From: Nitrospinales bacterium
Lineage (GTDB): Bacteria; Nitrospinota; Nitrospinia; Nitrospinales; JAJDAT01
NCBI GenBank assembly: GCA_038154245.1
Contig: JAYOZP010000002.1
Span: forward strand, 50,928-114,927
Length of the DNA: 64,000 nt
Direction: 5' to 3'
Numbering within the stretch: position 1 is the stretch's first letter; every line of letters starts with the position of its first letter. Position numbers and translations under genes: made by a program. Of the stretch, positions 18,772 through 26,926 are shown piece after piece. A model generated the notes under the pieces. That model was not told the origin of the DNA, did not search any database, and worked only from the letters and a program-made list of their open reading frames with translations.

Positions 18772-18804
18772 TAACTCAAGTTCTCGAGATTCTTTTAATT
18801 TTTT

Positions 18805-19122
18805 TTAAATTTGAATTTTCGATAGATTAGGTAGTTTTGGTATCTCCATAATCGAATGGATTACCTGTAATAGGCCGGGTTCGCTGGCAATTGTTTTTGC
18901 GTCTTGTTTTTTATCGTCAATCCAGGATTTTAAAGCCGTTAAATTTGCCGAGAGATTTAATTGGAGAAGATTTTTAATATCATTTTCTATTTCTTTTTTT
19001 ACTATGTAGTAACCAGTCAAACCTAAAATAATCAAAAAAATTGCAAAAATAGCCGCAAGAGTAGCGTATGGCGATGGCTTTTGATTTGATTTGTTGTTTA
19101 CGGAAGTCATTAATTTTTCCAT
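18805..19122 (-). CDS. N-terminal fragment of the same sensor kinase (TM1 plus start of periplasmic domain)
   Basis: 105 aa with one TM helix (ATLAAIFAIFLIILGLTGYYIV). Ends at TAA (18807-18805), in frame with the downstream kinase ORF. Confidence 0.6.
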   Translation of the reverse strand: MEKLMTSVNNKSNQKPSPYATLAAIFAIFLIILGLTGYYIVKKEIENDIKNLLQLNLSANLTALKSWIDDKKQDAKTIASEPGLLQVIHSIMEIPKLPNLSKIQI

Positions 19123-19222
19123 CCAACTAAAAGCTATTTGTATTTGATGATATTCATTTAACTAATACAGATCTCTACCCTTTTTTTTAAGAGTTTATTT
19201 CAATGTTTAATATGGAATAATT

Positions 19223-20305
19223 TTAAGTTTTATCCGCACGCTCATCCGCAAAATTGCGAATGATATCTACCATATCTGTTAAATTTTCTTTGAAAATATC
19301 CACTAATTTTGGTTCGAAGTCTATTCCTCGATTTTTTTCAATAATTGCCATACTTTCTTCTACGGAGAAAGCTCTTTTATAGGGTCGTTCGCTAGTTAAT
19401 GCGTCGAAAACATCGCATAGAGCGACAACTCTGCCTTCTATAGGGATTTCTTCACCTTTTAATCCTTTAGGATAACCTGAGCCATTCCATCTCTCTTGGT
19501 GGGTTAAGGCTATTGATTCGGCCAACTTTAAGAGCTCTGATTTGCTCCCAGAAAGAATTTCCGCCCCAATGTCTGGATGAGTTTTCATTATTTCCCATTC
19601 TTTTGGGGTTAATTTTCCCGGTTTAAGGAGGATACTATCTGGAATGCCGATTTTACCGACATCATGCATGGGGCTTGCATTAAGAATTAACTCGCATTCT
19701 TTATCGCTCATGCCCATTGTTTTTGCCAGATGGGCCGAAAGGCGACTCATTCGAATTATGTGCATTCCCGTTTCGTTGTCCCTAAACTCAGAAGCTTGTC
19801 CAAGTCGATGGATGACTTCTAAACGACAATCGTGCAGTTGCTTTGTTCTTTCTTCTATATTTTTATTTAATAGATCGTTGCGAAGCCTCATTTCATTGTG
19901 CAATAGCCTTGCTTCAATAATATTTTCAGCTCTTCGTATTAGTTCTATTTCGTTAAATGGTTTGCGTAGCAAATCTCGAGCGCCAGACTTTAAAGCTTTA
20001 AGGCGAAGTTCTCTATCTAAGGAAGTTACAACTAAAATGGGAAGGTAGGAACTGGGTTCTATTTTTCGTAACTCTTCCATTAGCCGGAATCCTTCTGAGT
20101 TTTCACCGACTAAATCTAGAACAACGATTTCAGGATAAATTTGTCCGTAAAGGTTTAAAGTTTGTGAAAAATGGGTAGCGAAAACGATGTTTGAAAATCC
20201 TGAGTCTGAAAACATGCGCTCAAGCGGTTTAATGTTTTTGTTTTCGAGATTAACAATTAGAATTTTTCCATTCTTACATTGCCCATTTTTCATCTCTTTT
20301 TCCAC
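19223..20305 (-). CDS. HD-GYP protein with degenerate receiver domain
   Basis: 360 aa, paralogous to 15346-16404 (HDVGKIGIP, HQERWNGSGYP). The REC beta1 reads ILIVNLENKN instead of the acidic DD/ED pair. The phospho-acceptor-like LDL, T and K positions are retained. Confidence 0.85.
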   Translation of the reverse strand: MEKEMKNGQCKNGKILIVNLENKNIKPLERMFSDSGFSNIVFATHFSQTLNLYGQIYPEIVVLDLVGENSEGFRLMEELRKIEPSSYLPILVVTSLDRELRLKALKSGARDLLRKPFNEIELIRRAENIIEARLLHNEMRLRNDLLNKNIEERTKQLHDCRLEVIHRLGQASEFRDNETGMHIIRMSRLSAHLAKTMGMSDKECELILNASPMHDVGKIGIPDSILLKPGKLTPKEWEIMKTHPDIGAEILSGSKSELLKLAESIALTHQERWNGSGYPKGLKGEEIPIEGRVVALCDVFDALTSERPYKRAFSVEESMAIIEKNRGIDFEPKLVDIFKENLTDMVDIIRNFADERADKT

Positions 20306-20599
20306 TCCTAGGAAATTTCGAGTAACCTATGAGACTCCTCGTAAAATCATCAAAAAATCGCCAAAATTGGTCGTTTTCTCGCGATAGGAAGTTGAATCGA
20401 GAAAACTCAAAATAAGCCCCAAGCCGAACTTTGTTTCGAGTTAGTGAAAATTATTTTTTTCGGAATGACAATTACACCATAAAGATCAGGGTATTTCAAG
20501 GTAAATATCGATAATGCGTATATTTATTTTTCGGAATTTTTATTGTGTGTTTTTGGGATTCAAAAAATGGGAGGGTGTTTGTAGACAAACTTAGGAAGG

Positions 20600-21835
20600 C
20601 TAAATTTTTTTAATTAGAGTTTTGTACACCGTTTTGAAGAATTCATATATAGTTTTTTTGAGATAATCCCATATTCGAAATAGTTCATCGTGAGTTTCGA
20701 AAAGAAGAGTTGGGATTTGAAGATTTTCAGGACACCGTGGCAAACAATCACCGCATTGGGTGCATTTGGAGGCATATGCTCCCGGAAACCAATGACCTTT
20801 TTCCTCCAACATATTGTAACGATATTTCCCATAAGTGCGCATATTGTAGCTCTTTAATAAATTTCTAAATCTCAATACTTCTGGAATGTTAATGTTTTCA
20901 GGGCATGGTAAGCATTGGTCGCATAAAGTGCAGCGTTGCGGTAAGGTTTCTAAAGGAATATCCATTGTTTTTTTCGCGTTTAAGAATTCCTTTTCTTTGA
21001 CATAATTTTTATTAGTTAAAATCGAAAGGTTTTGCTCGAATTGATCGATTTTGTGAATTCCCATACTTAAAGTTGTTACTTGTGGATGGCTGAGACAAAA
21101 TCTACCGTTAAATTGAATGGGAGTTAATGGATTGCAAAGTTCGCGCACTTCTTTTGAAGGATTCCAGAGCATACCTCCTTTTTCATTAGGGGAAATGATA
21201 AAAACTCCAATATCTTTTTCTCCTGCCAACTGTACAGCGGGTAAATGTCTTTGAAAAAAGTAATAAAAATGTAAATTTACAAAACTAAATAAGTCGGTGT
21301 TTAAGGCTTTTTTAATTAAATCTAGGGAACCGTGAGTTGAAAAACCAATGTGGCCTATAATTCCTTCATCTTTTAATTTATGTAATTCTTCGACCGGTCC
21401 TCCTTTTTTAGTAGCGGATTGAAATCGTTCTTCATTGTTAATTCCATGCCAACCGTAAAAATCAATTTTTTCTAATTTCAGCGCGGTAAGTTGTTCCTCC
21501 ACTAATTTTCTAGTTTCATCGCCCGTCATCGGCGCTCCTTTGGTCATCATTTTGTAATTTTTCCGAGGAACGTCAATTTCTTTTAGCGCTTTTCCAAAAA
21601 GGCGCTCGCTTTTTACATAACCGTAAGCTGTTTCGAAATGATTGATTCCCAAATCGACAGCTTTTTGGACAATTTCGATACAGTTTTTTATCGATTCAGC
21701 AGGTAAATGGTTTCGTGGAAGATTCCAGCCATGTTTAAAACGCATTCCACCAAGAGTTATGACCGAAATGTTTTCGTTTGTTTTCCCAAAACGCCGATAT
21801 TCCATTGGAAGTGGAGCTGTGAGCTTGGTCATCAT
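20600..21835 (-). CDS. aldo/keto reductase fused to a C-terminal 2x[4Fe-4S] ferredoxin-like domain
   Basis: 411 aa. AKR-type N-terminus (GINHFETAYGY). Two CxxCxxCxxxCP motifs (CTLCDQCLPCP, CTQCGDCLPRCP). Confidence 0.75.
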   Translation of the reverse strand: MMTKLTAPLPMEYRRFGKTNENISVITLGGMRFKHGWNLPRNHLPAESIKNCIEIVQKAVDLGINHFETAYGYVKSERLFGKALKEIDVPRKNYKMMTKGAPMTGDETRKLVEEQLTALKLEKIDFYGWHGINNEERFQSATKKGGPVEELHKLKDEGIIGHIGFSTHGSLDLIKKALNTDLFSFVNLHFYYFFQRHLPAVQLAGEKDIGVFIISPNEKGGMLWNPSKEVRELCNPLTPIQFNGRFCLSHPQVTTLSMGIHKIDQFEQNLSILTNKNYVKEKEFLNAKKTMDIPLETLPQRCTLCDQCLPCPENINIPEVLRFRNLLKSYNMRTYGKYRYNMLEEKGHWFPGAYASKCTQCGDCLPRCPENLQIPTLLFETHDELFRIWDYLKKTIYEFFKTVYKTLIKKI

Positions 21836-21963
21836 AAAAAGTAAATAATTTGGTTAATGACAATCAATTCTAAAATCGTAAACGAATTAATTTTGAAATT
21901 TTGTATTAAGTCAAATTAGCATAGATTTAGTTACTGAAATGGATCCCATCTTTAGGTCGTTTT

Positions 21964-23739
21964 TTAGTGAGAATCCAAACGTTTGAATGCCTTTATCGCT
22001 TCTATTGAAGGTTTTTTGGTTTTGACCGCCTCTTTTAGCTTTTGGATGTAACCATTGCCTCCATATCTATCTAAAATGAGTAGATCTTGAAATAGTAGCA
22101 CTTCGTTAAAAAGAGAAACTAGTTCTTCTTGCGGCATTAGCTCGAGTGATTTTCTATTTGTGAGATTAGGAAAAGCTGAAGGATTTCTAACAATAATATT
22201 TTTTAGAATTTTGATTATTTCTTGCTGAGAATAGTTTTTGGAAGGCTGGGCTTGCTTCATGAAGATACGTTTTTCTAGAACTTTAGGATCGGGAAATATT
22301 GTCCCTTTCTCAAGTTCAATTACGGTACCTTTAATTTTTTTTTGTTTAAGAACTTTTAAGGGAAAAATTCGGTTTGATTCGGATTTAGAGATCAAACCAT
22401 TAGAAGTCTTTCGAAACTTTTTGGTTTTCAGAAATGTTACGCCGTCTTTTATTTCAAGAGTCTCCATTTCGTTTAAGAACCCAGATTTAGGTTCGTAAAA
22501 GCTTCTTTTTCTTCTTAAAAACTGCCCATTGGGATGTAAGGTTGTTGTGGATGATAATTGGAGTTGTCCCGTTTTGATATCATTAACCTTTATTTCTAAT
22601 ATATAACTATCTTTTTGCTTTGTTAATATCCATTTCTCGTTTTTAAGATTAATTTGAGCGGTAAAAGATTCATTGAAATCATTGGGAATTTGTTTTTCTA
22701 AAGTTTTAAGAAATGAATCGCCGTTTAATAACAAGTTTAAATTTAGCGCTTTACTTAAAAGAGCAAGTTTTGGAAGTTCTTTGAGTGGTTTTAATTTTTG
22801 GTAAAGGGTTTGCGCTACAACTTGGGCGCCTTTTTTATTTAAATGACGATCCCATTCTGAAAAAATGTAATCCTTGTCGTCTAACCCAAAGAAACCTTCT
22901 TTAAAAAGATCAACGCAATTGATTTGTCTTGTTAAACAAAATTTATTTAATTTTTCGAAAGCTGAGTTTAAAGGATAACTTTTATTTAGGGAGGTTATAA
23001 TAGGAATCATTGTCATCATAAATGGGATGCCTTTTAATTGGCTAGACATTATTAATAGATCTAAATAAATTTTTTCCATTTCCCAACCGCGGGATTGAAA
23101 AATTCGATTTATACAATCTGAATAGCTAGGTTTAAATCCTAGCTTTTCTCCGAGACGATTCAAACGAAAATTTAAAAATTGATATAGTTTCAATGATTGG
23201 ATTTGATCTTGAAACTTGCCGAAACTCGGAATTATTTTTCTGTCTTCGCTATTACATTTGAATAAAACAGGTTTTGATATGTCGTTTGGGTAAAAACCAA
23301 GTAAAATTAAATCCGGTTTGTAGCGAAACCCGATTCGAAATAACTCGTTCAACTGAGTGTCTGTATTCCAACCTGGTATAGCCATATTTAAAACTTCAAA
23401 CTTAATGAGAGAAGCGTCTTTATTTAATAGATTTTCTAATTTTTTTGGCCAAGTATCTTTTATTTTTAGGATGCCGTGTCCGAATGTTTGTGAATCTCCC
23501 AAAACCAAAATACGAAAAACTTTAAATGGTTTTTCAAAAATATAATCAAAATCCCGAAACCCTTGTTTGTTAAATTTCACATTTTTTTGAATCCAATCTA
23601 AAGGAATTCCCTTTTTAGATTTTGGATTAATGCTTAGGATTGCCTCTATTGCTAATAAGCAAAGTATTATGGAAATGAAACTTAATAATAATTTGAAAAC
23701 GAATCTAGATCTTATAAAGTTTTTAATAATTATTTCCAT
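21964..23739 (-). CDS. membrane-anchored SGNH/GDSL-hydrolase-like protein with uncharacterised C-terminal half
   Basis: 591 aa with an N-terminal TM anchor. FRILVLGDSQTFGHG matches block I (GDS) of SGNH hydrolases. The C-terminal ~250 aa have no motif. Confidence 0.5.
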   Translation of the reverse strand: MEIIIKNFIRSRFVFKLLLSFISIILCLLAIEAILSINPKSKKGIPLDWIQKNVKFNKQGFRDFDYIFEKPFKVFRILVLGDSQTFGHGILKIKDTWPKKLENLLNKDASLIKFEVLNMAIPGWNTDTQLNELFRIGFRYKPDLILLGFYPNDISKPVLFKCNSEDRKIIPSFGKFQDQIQSLKLYQFLNFRLNRLGEKLGFKPSYSDCINRIFQSRGWEMEKIYLDLLIMSSQLKGIPFMMTMIPIITSLNKSYPLNSAFEKLNKFCLTRQINCVDLFKEGFFGLDDKDYIFSEWDRHLNKKGAQVVAQTLYQKLKPLKELPKLALLSKALNLNLLLNGDSFLKTLEKQIPNDFNESFTAQINLKNEKWILTKQKDSYILEIKVNDIKTGQLQLSSTTTLHPNGQFLRRKRSFYEPKSGFLNEMETLEIKDGVTFLKTKKFRKTSNGLISKSESNRIFPLKVLKQKKIKGTVIELEKGTIFPDPKVLEKRIFMKQAQPSKNYSQQEIIKILKNIIVRNPSAFPNLTNRKSLELMPQEELVSLFNEVLLFQDLLILDRYGGNGYIQKLKEAVKTKKPSIEAIKAFKRLDSH

Positions 23740-23961
23740 TAATTGACGATGGTGGCAGTATGTTAACTAGTTTTAAAACAAAAATAGATCTTCATAAGTA
23801 CTGACGCTGGGGACAAAAATTAAAAGATGTCTCCATATATTGGCAACAAAGATCGTATTTAACTAAAAATGTTTAAGGTTAAATTGTTGATTTGATTTAT
23901 AGTTGACTCTAAAACACGGCCAAAGTAGCATAATCTAGTCCTTATATAGGTGTTTGAAGCA

Positions 23962-24067
23962 TTAAGTGAGTCTCTAATAATTCGAGATTTTAGCTTGAGG
24001 CAACTCGCTTGCCTTTTGTTTGCAAAGGCAGCTCGTGGCCAAATTCAATTCTTAGAGGTTTCCTTAA
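23962..24067 (+). repeat. ~106-nt inverted-repeat element, copy B
   Basis: 100/106 identical to copy C (29582-29687), same orientation. Ends TTAAGTGAGTCTCTAA ... TTAGAGGTTTCCTTAA. Confidence 0.9.
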
Positions 24068-24137
24068 TTAGTTTGCCTTTTTTATAATTATTTTAGATTC
24101 CCTTTTTATCCTCGAAATTTCTAGTTTTTAATTTTTT

Positions 24138-24680
24138 ATGACAAATGAATATAACGTTTGGTTTAGTTTGTTTAAAGGAAACGTTCCATCTCCAGTTAAG
24201 GTTTTTGAGAAAAGAGACTGGGTTTTGGAGTCAGGTGTCGCTCTTACCGCGTGTATAATCGGCAAAAGCCATAGGATTTGCTTTAGATCTGGATCTGATT
24301 ATTTAACCGAATTTATTGCCTATTCTATGGACAGTTTTTCCTTTGAACCCGTAGATCAGAGATCTTTAAAGCTAGGAGATTCTCTTGATCGCGAGTTTAT
24401 TCATGGTTCGTTATATTATAAAGTTAAAATAGAAGTCGTAGAACAGGTCTATTTAAATTTTGACGAATTTTTAAAAACGATTACTGATATTGACATTTAT
24501 GAAACGATGTTTCGAGAATTTAAAAACCCATTATTGAATTCTAGTAGTCAGCCATTTACTGGAATCGTTATTGCTCCAGATAAGAATCGAATATTTACAG
24601 CTCATACTTATCCTGAAGGAAATTATTCAGTCATTAGTGTTGTTGAGGCGAATGTATTGGATCATGAGTTTGCGTCATGA
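24138..24680 (+). CDS. hypothetical protein (first gene of the psp-associated cluster)
   Basis: 180-aa ORF. Its stop overlaps the next start (ATGA at 24677-24680). No motif recognised. Confidence 0.55.
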   Translation: MTNEYNVWFSLFKGNVPSPVKVFEKRDWVLESGVALTACIIGKSHRICFRSGSDYLTEFIAYSMDSFSFEPVDQRSLKLGDSLDREFIHGSLYYKVKIEVVEQVYLNFDEFLKTITDIDIYETMFREFKNPLLNSSSQPFTGIVIAPDKNRIFTAHTYPEGNYSVISVVEANVLDHEFAS

Positions 24681-25039
24681 TAAAAAGGCTTTTTCAGATT
24701 GCACGATCTAATATTGGACATTATTGGGATAGAAAAAGCTCTGATTTTGAAGAGCCTCCAATAATCGATCAGAGTTCAAGTTGGGGTAAAAATAATAATG
24801 AAACACCCTATGAAAGCGTTAGGGATCCATTGGCGAAGTATTTTGCTAATTTAGAATTGCCAACAAATGCGAATAGAGGAGAAGTCAAAGCTTCCTGGAA
24901 GCGACTGATGAAAAAATATCATCCCGATTTACATTCAGCCGATACTGAAAAAAGAAAAATTGCCACTGAGTTATCGCAGGGGTTAACGGAGGCTTATAAG
25001 ATTTTAGACAAAGAGTTAGCCAAAAGGGAAAACTCTTAA
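24677..25039 (+). CDS. small J-domain (DnaJ-like) protein
   Basis: 120 aa. The C-terminal half is a J domain: DPLAKYFANLELPTNANRGEVKASWKRLMKKYHPDLH...LTEAYKIL, with the HPD tripeptide. Confidence 0.8.
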   Translation: MIKRLFQIARSNIGHYWDRKSSDFEEPPIIDQSSSWGKNNNETPYESVRDPLAKYFANLELPTNANRGEVKASWKRLMKKYHPDLHSADTEKRKIATELSQGLTEAYKILDKELAKRENS

Positions 25040-25151
25040 AATGTAATTAAAATAAAATCAATCTGAATAACTTATTTTATCTAAGACAAGAATTCCATTA
25101 TATTGGAGACTTCTTAAATTTAATCGGCCTCGAAGCCGACAAGGAGGCAAA

Positions 25152-25544
25152 ATGTCGAATTTTGAGACAGTTAAAGGATACTTATTGGAAATGGGATTTT
25201 CATTTGAAGTCGAAAATTCTGAAGAAGAACTAGTGGTAGTTAACGATCCTGATAGGGGAATACAAAATTTAGTAATAGACTGTGAAGATCCGATTGTTAT
25301 ATTAGAACAAGTCATTTTAGTTTTAGAAAACGACTCGTTAGAAACCTATAAAAGAATACTGCAAATCAATCGCTCTTTGGTGCATGGCGCATTTTGTTTG
25401 AATGAAGAAGGTAATGTTTTATTGTTTCGAGACACGTTGCAACTAGCTAATCTAGACTTAAATGAATTAGAGGGCAGTATCGATGCGCTTAGCTTGGCGG
25501 TAGCCGAAAATGGAACAGAGCTTTTATCTTTTGTGGGAAAATAA
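25152..25544 (+). CDS. YbjN/YjfI-like small acidic protein (PspA-associated type, tentative)
   Basis: 130 aa, preceded by AAGGAGG. Its size, acidity and position directly upstream of a PspA gene mirror E. coli yjfI-yjfJ. Homology not verified. Confidence 0.4.
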   Translation: MSNFETVKGYLLEMGFSFEVENSEEELVVVNDPDRGIQNLVIDCEDPIVILEQVILVLENDSLETYKRILQINRSLVHGAFCLNEEGNVLLFRDTLQLANLDLNELEGSIDALSLAVAENGTELLSFVGK

Positions 25545-25600
25545 AAATAATAAGTAAAAATGATATTAAAAAATCCTTTTTTTGAGAAAGGAGCTTAGTG

Positions 25601-26311
25601 ATGGCTGGATTATTTTCACGAATATTTCGATTAAGTAAAGCGGAAGCTCATTCAATAGTGGACGCTATAGAAGATCCTATTAAGATGACAGAGCAGGGCA
25701 TTAGAGATTTGAAGAAAGATTTACAAGAATCAATGCAAAGCTTAGCTCAGGTAAAAGGCGTTGTTATGCGCTTGCGCAACGACGCTGAAAACCAAAAGAA
25801 AATGTCTGTTTCAATGGAGCGAAAAGCGATGGCTTTATTGCAAAGCGCTCAGGAAGGGAAAGTAGATCCAGGCGAAGCTGATCGGTTAGCGTCTGAGGCT
25901 TTAACTCGCAAAGAAGACGCCGGTCAAAAAGCTTTAAGCCTTTCTAAAGACTTACAGAGCCAGGAAGAAATGGCAAATCAACTTCAGAAAAATGTTGAGA
26001 AATTGCGTTCTACAATTCAAAGGTATGAAAACGACTTAATTACTCTTCGCGCTCGAGCTAAAACAGCCGCTGCAACTCGTAAATTAAACGAACAGATTGC
26101 AAAAGTAGATTCGGGCGGTACAATCGCTATGCTCGAAAAAATGAAGGCAAAGGTTGAGGAAGACGAGTCGCTTGCAAAAGCCTATGGAGAAATTGCCGAT
26201 ACCGGAGAAGATCTTGACGCAAAAATTGATAAAGCGTTACAAGGCGGTTCTGGTAATCTTCCAAAATCGGACGACCTTGCGGCATTGAAAGCCAAAATGG
26301 GAATTTCTTGA
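25601..26311 (+). CDS. pspA: PspA/IM30 (phage shock protein A / Vipp1 family)
   Basis: MAGLFSRIFRLSKAEAHSIVDAIEDPIKMTEQGIRDLKKDL... is the canonical PspA N-terminus, followed by a long coiled coil. ATG 25601 is preferred over the track's GTG 25598 (AAAGGAG ends 7 nt upstream). Confidence 0.9.
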   Translation: MAGLFSRIFRLSKAEAHSIVDAIEDPIKMTEQGIRDLKKDLQESMQSLAQVKGVVMRLRNDAENQKKMSVSMERKAMALLQSAQEGKVDPGEADRLASEALTRKEDAGQKALSLSKDLQSQEEMANQLQKNVEKLRSTIQRYENDLITLRARAKTAAATRKLNEQIAKVDSGGTIAMLEKMKAKVEEDESLAKAYGEIADTGEDLDAKIDKALQGGSGNLPKSDDLAALKAKMGIS

Positions 26312-26312
26312 T

Positions 26313-26864
26313 ATGGCCTGGAATTTTTTTAAGAAAGATAAAGACAAAGAAGATCCAGAAATGGATCTGAATGATTTAGTTCTTTCTAAAATGAAGCCGG
26401 GGTTTCTTGTTGATTATGATATGAAAACATATCAAGTAATTGGGAAAAATTACTATCAATGGGATGAAGGTGGAAGAACTCTTGAATGGGAACTCAAACA
26501 GGGTAGCGAAGTTCTATATTTAGAAAGAGAAGAAGAAGATGGAGAAGTATCTTGGTCGCTTTCTAAAAAGTTAGCTATTGGTGTACTCGAGGGAAATATT
26601 GCCGATCATATAATTGAAAATGAAGATCCACCAGAAACAGTTATTATGGATGGAGTTTCCTTTTATTTTGAGGAAGATGATATTGGAACCTATCACAAAG
26701 GAGATAGCCCAAGAGGACTTCAATTTGTAGTTTGGGATTACTCCGACGACCGTCAAGAAAAATCTTTGTCAATTGAGCAATGGGGGGAAGCTAAATTCGA
26801 TGTTACAGTTGGATTTGAAGTAGAGGAATATCAATTTTCTAATATTTTACCAGGGGCTAATTAA
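26313..26864 (+). CDS. DUF4178-like protein (tentative)
   Basis: 183 aa, starting 1 nt after the pspA stop. The segment FLVDYDMKTYQVIGKNYYQWDEGGRTLEWELK resembles DUF4178 repeats as I remember them. Confidence 0.45.
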   Translation: MAWNFFKKDKDKEDPEMDLNDLVLSKMKPGFLVDYDMKTYQVIGKNYYQWDEGGRTLEWELKQGSEVLYLEREEEDGEVSWSLSKKLAIGVLEGNIADHIIENEDPPETVIMDGVSFYFEEDDIGTYHKGDSPRGLQFVVWDYSDDRQEKSLSIEQWGEAKFDVTVGFEVEEYQFSNILPGAN

Positions 26865-26926
26865 GGTCTTTAAAAAGAGGATTTCAAAGCTAGAATTGTT
26901 TTAAAAATGGCGATGTATAGGCGGGG

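Noticed and set aside
19644-20048. Long antisense ORFs inside well-supported genes (19644-20048, 45888-46232, 47022-47342, 59353-59736, 62262-62564)
   Set aside because: Each lies opposite a gene with strong domain motifs. Their sequences are Ser/Leu/Phe-rich, typical of antisense frames in AT-rich DNA. No start context supports them.
20614-20832. Same-strand alternative-frame ORF inside the 3' end of the aldo/keto reductase-ferredoxin gene
   Set aside because: The main frame carries the second CxxCxxCxxxCP cluster motif through this region. The overlapping frame has no features.
25040-25600. Sigma54/PspF-type promoter upstream of pspA or the YjfI-like gene
   Set aside because: No TGGCAC-N5-TTGC element is present. 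Only a small CGGC/GCCG hairpin and strong Shine-Dalgarno sites are visible.
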